A stretch of 64,000 nucleotides of DNA, taken from Longimicrobiales bacterium. Lineage in GTDB: Bacteria; Gemmatimonadota; Gemmatimonadetes; Longimicrobiales; Gaopeijiaceae. This document shows positions 1-10,334 of the stretch, one piece after another. The stretch is taken from assembly GCA_965218295.1 (NCBI GenBank), contig CBDCKN010000006.1:1-64000 (forward strand), in the 5' to 3' direction. How positions within the stretch are numbered: position 1 is the first letter of the stretch; every line of letters begins with the position of its first letter. The notes beneath the pieces are model-generated. The model made no database searches and was not told the DNA's origin. It saw only the letters and a program-made list of their open reading frames with translations. The translations under genes were made by a program, and so were the position numbers.

Positions 1-1
1 G

Positions 2-478
2 GGCTGGCGACCCGCTCCCTCCTCGTGGAGCGTCGGCGAGTGCCTGGGGCATCTCATAACCACGAACCGTCTTTATCTCAGGTGCATCGACCGGCTCTTC
101 GCAGGCGCGATCCCGAAGGCCACCCCCGATGCTGGGTTCCGCGGAGGCCCTGTAGCCGCCCGATTCATCGCGGCGCTGGGTCCCGATTCGGCCCGGAAGT
201 TCAAGGCTCCGAGCCTGTTCAAGCCTTCCGCCCCCGGTGCCGGCGGCGACGTGGATCCGGGGATCGTGGAGTGCTTCATCGAGCAGCAGACGCATATGAG
301 ATCCGTGGTGGAACGATGTCGGGGGGTGGATCTCCGACGAGCGAAAGTACAGTCCCCGGCAAACGGACTCATCCGTTTCCGCCTCGGCGATGCCCTTCGA
401 TTTCTGGTTGAGCACGGTAAGCGGCACCTGAACCAGGCGGAGGCCGTTCTGGCGTCCGACGGTTTCCCTTCCAACTGA
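2..478 (+). CDS. DinB/YfiT-superfamily protein, 5' end outside the window
   Basis: Frame is open from base 2: WRPAPSSWSVGECLGHL...LVEHGKRHLNQ, with the W-S-x-x-E-x-x-x-H and HxxxH motifs of DinB_2 proteins. Confidence 0.75.
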   Translation, partial: GWRPAPSSWSVGECLGHLITTNRLYLRCIDRLFAGAIPKATPDAGFRGGPVAARFIAALGPDSARKFKAPSLFKPSAPGAGGDVDPGIVECFIEQQTHMRSVVERCRGVDLRRAKVQSPANGLIRFRLGDALRFLVEHGKRHLNQAEAVLASDGFPSN

Positions 479-487
479 GCGACAGAC

Positions 488-1072
488 ATGGCTTGGATTC
501 GCCTGGCTCCCGTTTCAGAGGCCACAGGAATCCTGAAGAGGCAGTTCGACGCCGCGGTGAAGCGGGCGGGACGCGTGTGGAACATCATGCGCATCATGAG
601 CCCTAACCCGCCGACCCTGGACGCCAGCATGGAGCTCTACGCGGCGGTCATGAAGGGACCGTCGCCGCTGTCGCGTGTCCAGCGGGAGATGCTCGCCACC
701 GTGGTCTCGGCCGAGCTCGACTGTCACTACTGAACGCTTGCGCACGCGCACGACCTCCGGGAAGAGGTCCAGGACATGTTCGACACCGACGAGGAGGCCG
801 ATGCCTTCGTGCACGCTGTGGTCAGGGACTGGGCCAGCTCGCCGCTCTCCGAGGCCGACCGAGCGCTCTGCGCCCACGCCGTCCGGCTGACACACGAGCA
901 GGGGACCGTCACGCCTGCGCATCTGGACCACCTTCGATCCCTCGGCCTCGACGACGTGGCCATCCACGACGCCACCCAGGTCGTGGCCTACTTCAACTAC
1001 ATCACGCGGATCGCGGACGGATTGGGGATCGATCCGGAAGACTTCATCCGGCCCTGGGGGAGTGAAGCCTGA
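488..1072 (+). CDS. AhpD/carboxymuconolactone decarboxylase-like peroxidase-related enzyme; probable selenoprotein (TGA 731-733 = Sec)
   Basis: ORFs 488-733 and 776-1072 are in the same frame. Read-through gives LSRVQREMLATVVSAELDCHY-U-TLAH (CxxUxxxH) and a C-terminal YFNYITRIADGLG. Confidence 0.85.
731..769 (+). promoter_or_regulatory. Candidate bacterial SECIS hairpin
   Basis: Stem GACCTC (752-757) / GAGGTC (764-769) with loop CGGGAA, beginning 18 nt after the in-frame TGA. Confidence 0.6.
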
Positions 1073-1087
1073 CCGTAGGGGTGTGGC

Positions 1088-1936
1088 CTAGAAGGGTCTC
1101 CAGCGTCGGGCACCGTCTTCCCACACCACCTGGCCGAAGACGTTGTCGGGGAAGTGTCCGACTGCGGCCGTAGAATCGGGGTGCTCCAGGTCACGGAGGA
1201 CCCGCTCCCGGCTTGCCGCAGCCAGATCCGGGTCCGCGTCGAATGCGATGTGCCATGTGGGCTCCGCGAGCTGCACCGGGGAGTAGATCAGGTCCCCCAG
1301 GATGATCAGGCGCTGTCCCCCTTGCCAGACGTCCACGCTCATGTGCCCTGGGGAGTGCCCGGGGGTTGAGAGAACGTGGACGCCGTCCGCCACCGCATCC
1401 CCGTCCTCCAGCCACTGGATGCGTCCGTCGAGGGGCTTCTGTACGAGCTCGGGGTGGGGGCCCACGGGATCGTCGCGCCCGTACCACGCGTCCCACTCGA
1501 CCCGGGAGACCAGATGGCGCGCGTTGGGAAACGTCAGGGCCCGGTTGCCGTCCCGTTCCGTGGTCGTCCACCCCACGTGGTCCAGGTGGAGGTGGGTGAA
1601 GACCACGTCCGTGACGTCGGCGGGGTCTACTCCCGTGGACGCGAGACTCTCGAGAAAAGCCCCTCCACTGAAGGGTCCGAAGCCCGGAAAGTCGATCTCG
1701 ACCGGCCCGATACCCGTGTCGACGACGATCCTTCTCTCGGGGAGCTCGATGAGAAACCCGCCGATGCTGGTCACGAGCTCGCCCGAGTCGCTCAGGGCAT
1801 CCCGGTGTCGCTCCCATCCCTCGTCGTCGGAGGCGGGGAAGGAGGCGGTGGGTTTGGTGCGGCCTCCCCCGTCCGCCAAGAACGAGATAGTAGCATCTCC
1901 CATCACCGTGCTCGACACGCCTGCGAAGTGAGCCAT
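1088..1936 (-). CDS. MBL-fold metallo-hydrolase
   Basis: THLHLDHVGW, VDTG, TPGHSPGH and GD motifs. Confidence 0.9.
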   Translation of the reverse strand: MAHFAGVSSTVMGDATISFLADGGGRTKPTASFPASDDEGWERHRDALSDSGELVTSIGGFLIELPERRIVVDTGIGPVEIDFPGFGPFSGGAFLESLASTGVDPADVTDVVFTHLHLDHVGWTTTERDGNRALTFPNARHLVSRVEWDAWYGRDDPVGPHPELVQKPLDGRIQWLEDGDAVADGVHVLSTPGHSPGHMSVDVWQGGQRLIILGDLIYSPVQLAEPTWHIAFDADPDLAAASRERVLRDLEHPDSTAAVGHFPDNVFGQVVWEDGARRWRPF

Positions 1937-2113
1937 AATGTGTACCCCCGACCCGCTGTTTCGAACGACAACACAAGCTGCTGGGCGGCACCAAGCGGGC
2001 ACAAGGGGCTTGTGCTAGTTTGCGGGCAGATAAGACGAGTTCGACGACCGGAGAGCATCAAGGAAGGATGGGGTGGCCCCGATGACGTTCAGCTCGATGG
2101 CTTCCAGCAGGGG

Positions 2114-2842
2114 GTGACCGAGCGGGAGAACAGTGCCCGCCTCGAAGCGCTCAACGCAGAGGTTGTCGCGTGCACCCGGTGCCCCCGTCTCATCCGGTGG
2201 TGCCATGAAGTGGCCAGAGACAAGCGGGCAGCCTACGCGGATGAGGAGTACTGGGGCCGCCCCGTTCCGTCCTTCGGCGATCCCGAGGCCGGGGTCCTCA
2301 TCGTGGGGCTGGCACCGGGGGCACACGGCGCCAATCGAACGGGTCGGATGTTCACCGGGGACCGCTCGGGAGATTGGCTGTATCGGGCTCTCCACCGGGC
2401 CGGCTTCGCCAGCCAACCCGAGGGTCGCACGGCCGACGACGGCCTCACCCTGTCGGGGGCATACATCACCGCCGCCGTACGCTGCGCGCCGCCGGACAAC
2501 CGCCCGACGCCAGACGAGCGTGACTCCTGTCGCCCCTTTCTGGAGCGGGAGCTGGACGTCCTTGCCGGCGCAAGGGTGATCGTGACCCTGGGCGGATTCG
2601 CCTTCAACCAGGTGCTACGCCTCCTCGGGGCTCGCGGCCTGCCCGTCCCGCGTCCCCGGCCCAGGTTCACTCACGGCGTGGAGGTGAGCCTCGGTGACAC
2701 CACGGTGCTGGGCTCGTACCATCCGAGCCAGCAAAACACCTTTACCGGAAAGCTCACGGAGCCGATGTTCGACGCGGTCTGGGAGCGGGCACGCCGACTC
2801 TCGAGCCCTACACAACCAGATGGAGAGCACCAGGATGTCTGA
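2114..2842 (+). CDS. Uracil-DNA glycosylase, family 5 (UdgB-like, Fe-S)
   Basis: CTRCPRL, GLAPGAHGANRTGRMFTGDRSG, RCAPPDN, YHPSQQNT. Confidence 0.9.
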   Translation: MTERENSARLEALNAEVVACTRCPRLIRWCHEVARDKRAAYADEEYWGRPVPSFGDPEAGVLIVGLAPGAHGANRTGRMFTGDRSGDWLYRALHRAGFASQPEGRTADDGLTLSGAYITAAVRCAPPDNRPTPDERDSCRPFLERELDVLAGARVIVTLGGFAFNQVLRLLGARGLPVPRPRPRFTHGVEVSLGDTTVLGSYHPSQQNTFTGKLTEPMFDAVWERARRLSSPTQPDGEHQDV

Positions 2843-2996
2843 GCGCATGAACCGTCGTCAGTTCGTCCAGACGGCGACCCTCGAGATAGCCGCGGCCGTG
2901 CCGGCTGCCGCCCAAGAGACGAGCCAGCCCCAATCCGGGGTCGAGGCTCCGTTCGTCAGGTCCTCGTCTCCCAGCCCCACCATGTCTGAGAGGTAG
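2835..2996 (+). pseudogene. Remnant beginning with a Tat-type signal peptide
   Basis: MSERMNRRQFVQTA..., then a stop after 53 codons. Confidence 0.4.
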
Positions 2997-3295
2997 GCCA
3001 TGGCCCCGAGCGTGTAGGCGGTGATCTGGCAACGGGTGCTCTGGAAGCGGGTGCGACGCGCGTTCAGCTCCCGGCCGTATCTCCACCAGGCCTGCTCGGC
3101 CAACCAACGTGAGTCCTTCAGGGGCCCACGATTCTACCACCCATCCTCAAGACTATGACGACACGCGCTAGCGCCGTCGAACACACCCGCTTCAAGACCC
3201 CCAGGATGGCTGATCCGTTCCCAGACGGGATGGGGATGCTCGCTCACCCCAATGGTTTCTCTGGCGCCCGCTTCTGCGACGGATCATCATTCGGG

Positions 3296-3790
3296 ATGGA
3301 GAATCCTGCATCAGAGATGAGCTCGGCCGGCTCCGAAGTCGCTGCGGCCGTCGAGCGTCTAGCGGTCGCCAGGCTCGGACGGGCGCTTCCTCCCCTGGCG
3401 GTGCTCGCCGCCTACGGGCTGATCCAGAGCATGAGGTTCGGCCTCGGCAGCGCCGACTATCTCCTCGTCTTCGTCGGGGCCCTGGTATCGGCCGGCTCCA
3501 TGCTGGCGTACGGCACCGAGGCCGTGAAGCGGGTGATGGAGAAGAGGAGCCGTTGGGCCGGCCTGATCTCCGTGGGGAGCTTCGTCCCCTATCTCTTCGG
3601 GGGCTACCTCATCGTGACGAGGGGCCAGCAGCTGGTCCGAACGGCGGGCGAGTTGGGCGCCAGAGGGTTGGCCGTGACGTTGGCACTGATTCTGCTTGCT
3701 GTACTTTGCATCCGGGCTCAGTGGAAGCTCACGGAGGTCCACCTTCTGGCCCGAGAGATGGCCGGGCTGACGAACGTCCAACCTCAGTAG
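3296..3790 (+). CDS. Hypothetical membrane protein (about 4 TM)
   Basis: Hydrophobic segments and typical codon usage; start uncertain. Confidence 0.65.
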   Translation: MENPASEMSSAGSEVAAAVERLAVARLGRALPPLAVLAAYGLIQSMRFGLGSADYLLVFVGALVSAGSMLAYGTEAVKRVMEKRSRWAGLISVGSFVPYLFGGYLIVTRGQQLVRTAGELGARGLAVTLALILLAVLCIRAQWKLTEVHLLAREMAGLTNVQPQ

Positions 3791-3819
3791 GATCTTGCAG
3801 AACATCATCGTGAGAACCA

Positions 3820-4719
3820 GTGGTTGAGGGACAACCTCTAGGCCCCCCCGAGGGTCTGAGGAGTCGAGTCCGGGAATCCCTCGAGGGGTGGCCACAACGA
3901 AGGGTTGGGCAGGCAGGCGTTGGGCTCCTCGTCGTCATTGCAGTCCTGGACCTGCTCGTGGGCCCGACGTTCTCGCTTCTTCCTTTGTATGCGGGACCCG
4001 TCGCCCTGGTAGCATGGCTGGCCCGTCTGGGCGTCGCCTACGCCCTTGCCGTGCTGGCCGCCCTCACCCTCACTGGTGTGCCGCTTCTGGCCGATGGAGC
4101 GGTTGATCCAGGGCCGATCCTCTGGAACGTCGCGTCCGTGGCCCTCATGCTACTGCTGGTGGGGGGGCTCACCGCTACCCTCACGAGACACCTGAAGGAG
4201 GAGGCCAGCTTCGCCGCGATGGACACGCTCACGAAGCTGATGAACCGCGGCTCCTTCATCGCCAGGCTCGACGCCGAGCTGGCCCGGTCTTCCAGGTACG
4301 GAAGAGCCTTCACCCTGGCCTACATCGATCTGGATCACTTCAAGGCGGTCAACGACCTGGAGGGGCACGACGCCGGGGACGAGCTGCTGAGCCGGGTCGC
4401 GGATACGCTGCGATCCAGTACGCGGCAGACCGACGTCCTCGGCCGTCTCGGGGGAGACGAGTTCGCCGCCCTCCTCCCGGAAACGACCGTGGGATCGGCG
4501 GGGTCCGTCCTGCAAAAGCTCCAGGATAACTTGGCAGAGTCCATGAAGAAGGGCGGATGGCCAGTGACGTTCAGCATCGGGGTCGTGACCTTCGAGGTGT
4601 CGGTGGAGACGAGCCGCGACGCCTTGCGCGTCGCCGATGAGGCCATGTACGTGGTGAAGCGCTCGGGGAGGAACGGGATCCACCATCTTGTGTGGGATGG
4701 TGATACGGCTCTCCCCTGA
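3820..4719 (+). CDS. Membrane-anchored diguanylate cyclase
   Basis: N-terminal TM helices; DxLTxLxNR, DLDHFKAVND and RLGGDEF motifs. Confidence 0.9.
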   Translation: MVEGQPLGPPEGLRSRVRESLEGWPQRRVGQAGVGLLVVIAVLDLLVGPTFSLLPLYAGPVALVAWLARLGVAYALAVLAALTLTGVPLLADGAVDPGPILWNVASVALMLLLVGGLTATLTRHLKEEASFAAMDTLTKLMNRGSFIARLDAELARSSRYGRAFTLAYIDLDHFKAVNDLEGHDAGDELLSRVADTLRSSTRQTDVLGRLGGDEFAALLPETTVGSAGSVLQKLQDNLAESMKKGGWPVTFSIGVVTFEVSVETSRDALRVADEAMYVVKRSGRNGIHHLVWDGDTALP

Positions 4720-4911
4720 GCTCGGGTGTAGGGAGATTGTGGTAGGCCACTGCTCGTCATGGAAGGGCCGGGAGTCGCCGGCGGATCTCAAACAGGGCTC
4801 GCGAAGAAACTGTCGGGGTATGTGCGAGGTCCCAGTGTGGAAATGGAACACAAGGGCGGCTGGGACTCGTGGGGCCGACCATGTACGAAGTCTGATCGTG
4901 GAGCGTGACGA

Positions 4912-6030
4912 ATGCGTCTCAACACGTCCTTTCTGGCGGGTGTTCTCCTTGCCCTCTCCTCAATGCCTGAGCTGGGGGAGCTTTCCCAAGTGCGGGCTCA
5001 AGAGCTGACCGTCGAGGAGTACACCCCCCGTAAGACCCTCGTCGTCTCAGAGCACCCCGTGACGCGAGCCCGTTTCCCATTCGTCGACATCCACGGTCAT
5101 CAAAGAGCCACACGCATGTCGGCCGCCGAGGTGAACCGGCTCGTGGGCGAGATGGACGAGCTCAACATGGCGGTCATGGTGAACCTCTCCGGCGGGAGTG
5201 GGGCCGCCTTGGTGTCGGGCCTGGAGAACATGACGCGCAGCCATGCCGGCCGCTTCGTGTTCTTCGCCAACGTGAACTTCCAGGGTGTTGGAGAGCCTGG
5301 TTGGGGCCAGCGAGCGGCGGCCCAGCTCGAGGAGGACGTTCTCAACGGGGCCGCGGGACTCAAGATCTTCAAGAACCTGGGGTTCTCGGCCCTCGATACC
5401 GACCGGCAGAGAATCCCCGTGGACGATCCACGCTTGGCGCCGGTCTGGGACAAGGCCGGTGAGCTCGGCATTACGGTGCTGATCCACTCCGCCGATCCCG
5501 CCGAGTTCTGGCAGCCCTTCGATCGCTTCAACGAGCGCTGGCTGGAGCTCAAGCTTCGCCCGGGTCGGATTCAGCCTCCGGGGAAGAGCGCGCCGTTCGA
5601 GCAGATCATCGGAGAGCAGCACAACCTCTTCCGGCGGCACCCGAACACCACCTTTATCGCTGCGCACATGGGCTGGCTCGGTCACGACCTGGGCCGTCTG
5701 GGAGAGCTCTTCGACGAGCTCCCCAACATGAACGTCGGGCTGGGAGCCGTGATCTACGAGCTGGGAAGACAGCCCCGCTTCGCTGCCAAGTGGCTCGACA
5801 AGTACCAGGACCGCGTGCTGATGGGGAAGGACTCCTACAACCAGGAGGAGTTCTACACCTATTTCCGGGTCTTCGAAACGGCCGACGACTACTTCGACTA
5901 CTACCGGCGGTATCACGCCTTCTGGCAGATGTACGGCCTCGACCTTCCCGACGAGGTGCTCAGGAAGATCTACTACGAGAACGCCGTCCGGCTGGTGCCT
6001 GCCATCGATCGGTCTCTTTTTCCGGGTTAG
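4912..6030 (+). CDS. Secreted amidohydrolase-family protein
   Basis: Signal peptide, DIHGH, GLKIFK, LIHSADP, AAHMG. Confidence 0.85.
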   Translation: MRLNTSFLAGVLLALSSMPELGELSQVRAQELTVEEYTPRKTLVVSEHPVTRARFPFVDIHGHQRATRMSAAEVNRLVGEMDELNMAVMVNLSGGSGAALVSGLENMTRSHAGRFVFFANVNFQGVGEPGWGQRAAAQLEEDVLNGAAGLKIFKNLGFSALDTDRQRIPVDDPRLAPVWDKAGELGITVLIHSADPAEFWQPFDRFNERWLELKLRPGRIQPPGKSAPFEQIIGEQHNLFRRHPNTTFIAAHMGWLGHDLGRLGELFDELPNMNVGLGAVIYELGRQPRFAAKWLDKYQDRVLMGKDSYNQEEFYTYFRVFETADDYFDYYRRYHAFWQMYGLDLPDEVLRKIYYENAVRLVPAIDRSLFPG

Positions 6031-6041
6031 AGGAGAGGGTA

Positions 6042-6128
6042 GTGTTCCGTTGCCGAAGTTCGCGAGCCACCAAGAGGGTCGGATGCACCATGCCCTCGAC
6101 TGGCCGAGACACTTTGGTAACGGGACAC
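6042..6128. mobile_element. MITE type 1, internally deleted copy
   Basis: TA-flanked; terminal inverted repeats GTGTTCCGTTGCCGAAGT / ACTTTGGTAACGGGACAC; homologous to 38396-38557. Confidence 0.85.
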
Positions 6129-6174
6129 TAGGAATGGTGAGGACGGCATTGATCGAGAACGCGGGGTTGATCCA

Positions 6175-6447
6175 GTGAGCCGGGCCCGCATTCCCACCAC
6201 GGTGGTGGCCCGCTTCCACTACCGCCACGAGGCGGAGCTCGCACACGGCTACCTGGAGGGCGCCGCGATTCCCACAGCCCTCCTCATCGACGACGCGGGC
6301 GGAATGGACGTCGGCTTGGCTTTCGTGAATCCGGCCCGACTGGTGGTCCGGGTAGAAGACGAGCAGCGTGCCCGGGAGGTCCTCGCCAACGCCGGGATGT
6401 TGACCGACGTGGCGGCAGATCCACCTGGGGAAGCGGAGGCCCCGTGA
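6175..6447 (+). CDS. DUF2007-like putative signal-transducing protein
   Basis: EAELAHGYLEGAAIP...RLVVRVEDEQRAREVL pattern. Confidence 0.7.
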   Translation: MSRARIPTTVVARFHYRHEAELAHGYLEGAAIPTALLIDDAGGMDVGLAFVNPARLVVRVEDEQRAREVLANAGMLTDVAADPPGEAEAP

Positions 6448-6560
6448 ATCTCCAGGAGGATCTCCCGGAGGAACGCTGAGGCCCGGCGGGTGATCGGCTA
6501 GGTAAGGACGGCCCCGGGCATCTGTAATCTCTTGGTTGGGAAGTCGAATTCGTCGAACGT

Positions 6561-7583
6561 TCAGTCGCCCGGGCCGGGTCGGGCGGCCGAATGGGCGGCG
6601 AGGGCGAATCTCCGCACGATGGAGTCGACCGGCTCGACGCTCCGTACGCCGGCCACGCTCCGCCCCGCCTGCCAGTAATCGCCGTGTCCACTGGTGGCGT
6701 GCAAGGACCGTCGCAGCTGCCAGAGCGAACGCAGGGCGTAGATGGTGCGCATCCAGTGCTTGGTCCGGCGGCCTCTCAGCATCCAGCGGGCGAGGGGCCC
6801 GGCCTTGAGGCCCATCCGGCGCACGAAGGGGGTGTCGATCAGGGCCACCGGCACTCCGGTGAGGCGCTCGCTGTGAACGATGTCCTCCTCGGCTGCGTCC
6901 ACGATGGCCTGTTTGTACTCATCGCTGGCGGAGCACTCGTCGGCGGCGATGAAGCGGGTGCCCATCTGGATACCGGCGTAGCCGAGCTCGAGAGCATCCA
7001 CGAACTCTTGCTCCGTGCCGACCCCGCCCGCGCACACCACGGGCAGTCCCAGATCTCCCACGTCGTCGAGGAGAGCCCTCGTGTCGAGGTCGCCCGCGTG
7101 GCCTCCTGCACGGCTGTTCACGCCGATGAGCCCGTGGACCCCGCAGTCGATCCCTTTCTGGGCCCACTTCCTCTCGGTGACGTCGTGGTAGACCTTGCCG
7201 CCGTGGGGCTCAACAGTGCGGACGACCCAATCCGGCTTGCCCAGCGAGGTCACGAAGAAGCGAACGCCCTCTTCCAGGGCAATGTCGATCCACTCCTCCA
7301 TCCGCCGCCGGTACGTCTTCGACGACTGCTCGATGAGGGCGTTCATGCCGATGGGACGATCGGTGAGAGACCGGATCTTGCAGATGCCCTCCCTGAAGTC
7401 GTAGCCGTGCACGTACGTGAGGGAGATGGGCTGGAGGACGCCCAGGCCCCCCGACTCGGACGCCGCAGCAACGAGCTCCGGGTTGGAGCAGGGGTACATG
7501 GCGCCGCAGATGATGGGGACACGGACTCCGGCGTCCTGGGTGAGCCGTGTCGCGACCTCGGGAACGGACGTGTCTTCCGTCAC
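6561..7583 (-). CDS. Nitronate monooxygenase / 2-nitropropane dioxygenase-family flavoprotein
   Basis: [28 protein letters not shown]. Confidence 0.9.
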   Translation of the reverse strand: MTEDTSVPEVATRLTQDAGVRVPIICGAMYPCSNPELVAAASESGGLGVLQPISLTYVHGYDFREGICKIRSLTDRPIGMNALIEQSSKTYRRRMEEWIDIALEEGVRFFVTSLGKPDWVVRTVEPHGGKVYHDVTERKWAQKGIDCGVHGLIGVNSRAGGHAGDLDTRALLDDVGDLGLPVVCAGGVGTEQEFVDALELGYAGIQMGTRFIAADECSASDEYKQAIVDAAEEDIVHSERLTGVPVALIDTPFVRRMGLKAGPLARWMLRGRRTKHWMRTIYALRSLWQLRRSLHATSGHGDYWQAGRSVAGVRSVEPVDSIVRRFALAAHSAARPGPGD

Positions 7584-8062
7584 TTGACCGGCCCCAGGAG
7601 CCAGTTGACCGACACCTTGGCCACGATGTCCCCGTCTTCATCCCGGATTTCGGCGGTCACGGTGTAGTCGGTGGGCTCGTCGACGTGGGGCGGATCGCAG
7701 CGGCATTCGGCGACGAGCCGACCTCGTGCCTTCTTGAGGTAGTCGGTGGAGAGCCCTTTCACGATGCCCCGGATGGTGGACGGCAGTCCGGTGAGCATGG
7801 CCAGCCCGGTGGTGAGCTCCCCCAGGTTGACCAGAGCGACGGCGTGCACGGACCGAAGATGGTTTCGGACCCGGCGCCGATCCCTGAGCGATATGCGAGC
7901 GTAACCGGGCTCCAGGGCCTCGACACGCGGACCGATGGACCCGCTGTAGGGAACCATGAGGCGCAGGGTCCAACTGAAAATCCGTCGTCCGCCGGGGAGG
8001 GCGGAGAAGCGATTCCAGAGTCGGTGCAGGTGCGCTCCGGGTGACTCGGCGGTGCGAACCAT
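7580..8062 (-). CDS. Hotdog-fold thioesterase (DUF4442-like)
   Basis: VPYSGSI...[17 protein letters not shown]...YLKKARG. Confidence 0.85.
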   Translation of the reverse strand: MVRTAESPGAHLHRLWNRFSALPGGRRIFSWTLRLMVPYSGSIGPRVEALEPGYARISLRDRRRVRNHLRSVHAVALVNLGELTTGLAMLTGLPSTIRGIVKGLSTDYLKKARGRLVAECRCDPPHVDEPTDYTVTAEIRDEDGDIVAKVSVNWLLGPVK

Positions 8063-8378
8063 TAGCGGGACCCCCTCATCGGTCGACCTCGAAGGTCGGA
8101 AGCATGGACGTCCAACATTGCATTCGCCTCCTGGCGGAGCAGATTCGTCGCCTGCGGCCAGGGCCGACTGCGATCCGGGCTGCCAAGATAGGACCTTGTG
8201 TCGACTCCCGTCACGGGAGCCCGACCGTACGAGGTCCAGCGGTGTACGCTCGAAGGCGGAGACAACTCCACAGGACAGACGAAATGACGCTGGAGATGCG
8301 TAGTAATTGAGAGCGATGTAGTGCCTTCCTCGGCCCGAGCGAGGAAGCGTACGAACCCCGGATGTAGGAGAGAGTGAG

Positions 8379-8666
8379 ATGTTCAGTTGGCTTTTGGGGG
8401 CCTTCGTCTGGGTGGCGGCCAACTTCGCCTACTGGTCTTACGTGCGGGACGGCAAGCGGGGGTTCAAGCGTTTCGCCGCGTTCTGGCTGGGATACCCAAT
8501 TACTCTCGTCTCCATGTTCGTGGCTCGCCACGCCAAGCGTGTGCGGGCGCCGCAGCGAAGCGAGCTGGAAGAGGAGCACAGACTCCTGCTCGAGATCAGA
8601 CGGGATCGCACCCGTCGGGATGAGCGGGCCCGAGTGTCCGGCCACACCGACGCCGCAGGGGAGTAG
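8379..8666 (+). CDS. Small hypothetical membrane protein
   Basis: AGGAG SD, two hydrophobic segments, charged tail. Confidence 0.6.
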   Translation: MFSWLLGAFVWVAANFAYWSYVRDGKRGFKRFAAFWLGYPITLVSMFVARHAKRVRAPQRSELEEEHRLLLEIRRDRTRRDERARVSGHTDAAGE

Positions 8667-8927
8667 CTGGCCCGCCCTCGTCCTTCCTGTAAACGCCAAC
8701 GGCGTCTCGGACATCTCCAGATGAAAGCACGTCGGTCGACAGGGTTGACGGAGGTGAGGTGAGCCGGTCGCAAGCCACGAGTTCGGATGGCCTGCTGATC
8801 GGACGAGCCCAACGGGGCGAGCCAGGACCGCTCGCCGCGAAAGTGTTATCCTTTTCGGACTGCGCCGGACCCTCCGGGCCCGGCGCGGTCCTTTGCGTAT
8901 CCGGTGCCACCTCGATTCCCCGTGCTC

Positions 8928-10309
8928 ATGCGCGTCGTTCGCCAAATGGTCCCCGTGAAGGGCGACTTCACCGCTCTGATCCGCCTGGCCATGCCCGTGG
9001 CGGCCGTCCAGGTGGGCGTCATGCTCATGGGGGCGGTAGACACCGTCATGGTGGGGCACCTATCGGCCCGCGACCTGGCGGCCGTAGCTCTAGGCAACCT
9101 GTACTTCTTCCTGACGGCGAGCTTCGGGCTCGGCACGCTCTTCGCGCTGGATCCCGTGGTCTCCCAAGCCTTCGGAGCCGACGACCGAGCGGGAATCGCC
9201 GGTGGTATCCAGCGTGGATTCGTCATAGCCGCCGTCCTCGCCCTCTTCTCTTCGCTTCTGCTGACTCCTGGCCTGCCTTTCTTGACCTTGTTGCGCCAGC
9301 CTCCGGACGTGATTCCGGTGGCGGCCGAGTACGCCCTGGTCTCGATCCCGGGCGTGTTGCCGTTTTATGGTTTCATCGTTCTGCGGCAGAGCCTCCAGGC
9401 CATGGGCCGGGTGGCTCCCATCGTCGTGGTCATCGTCGTGGCCAATCTGGCGAACGTTTTCTTCAACTGGGTACTGATCTTCGGCAACTTGGGGTTCCCG
9501 GCCATGGGAGCGGTGGGATCCGGATGGGCGACCACGCTCAGCAGATGGGTCATGGTCGTGGCCCTCCTGATAGTGGCTTGGCCTGTCCTGCGACCGTACC
9601 TCTGGCCCTTGCGGCCCCAGGCGATGGCGGCGGGACCCCTGCTGCGAATGTTCCGGCTCGGCGCGCCCATCGGCGTCCAGTTCTTTCTCGAGTTCGGTGT
9701 GTTCGGCGTCATCGGGATCAGCATGGGGTGGTTGGGGACCATTCCCATGGCGAGCCACCAGGTGGCTATCAACTTGGCAAGCCTCACCTTCATGGCCGCC
9801 GTGGGGGTCACGCAGGCGTGCGCGGTCCTTGTGGGGCAGGCCGTAGGGGCGGGGGATCCGGCGCAGGCCAGGCGCTCGGCGGGTGCGGGTCTCCTCTTCG
9901 TCGGTGGCATGATGACATTTTTCGGCGTCACGTTCCTGAGTGTTCCCGGAGTGCTGGCGCGGATCTACAGCACGGACATGGTGGTGGTGGCCTGGCGGCT
10001 ACACTCATTCCCGTGGCTGGGATCTTCCAGGTCTTCGACGGGCTGCAAGCGGTGGCCTCGGGCGTGCTGCGGGGAGTCGGCGACACCCTGGCACCCATGG
10101 TGGTGAACCTGGTCGGCTTCTGGCTCATCGGGCTGCCCATCAGCCTCTACTTTGGCTTCCGGGCAGGTTTTGGCCCCCTGGGCCTCTGGTGGGGGATGGC
10201 TGCGGGCCTGGGAGCCGTCGCGGTGTTCCTACTGATGCGAGTGCGTGTTCGCTTTGGACGGGATCTCGCGAGGCTGCACCTCGAGGAAGGTGTTGAGGTC
10301 GGGGTCTAG
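8928..10309 (+). pseudogene. MATE (NorM-like) efflux transporter, frameshifted near 9991
   Basis: VDTVMVGHL, ASHQVAINL, FQVFDGLQAVASGVLRG; one base is missing in gtggcctggcggct (expected VALAATL). Confidence 0.85.
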
Positions 10310-10334
10310 GGTCCGTCCGAGCAATGGGGTGCGG

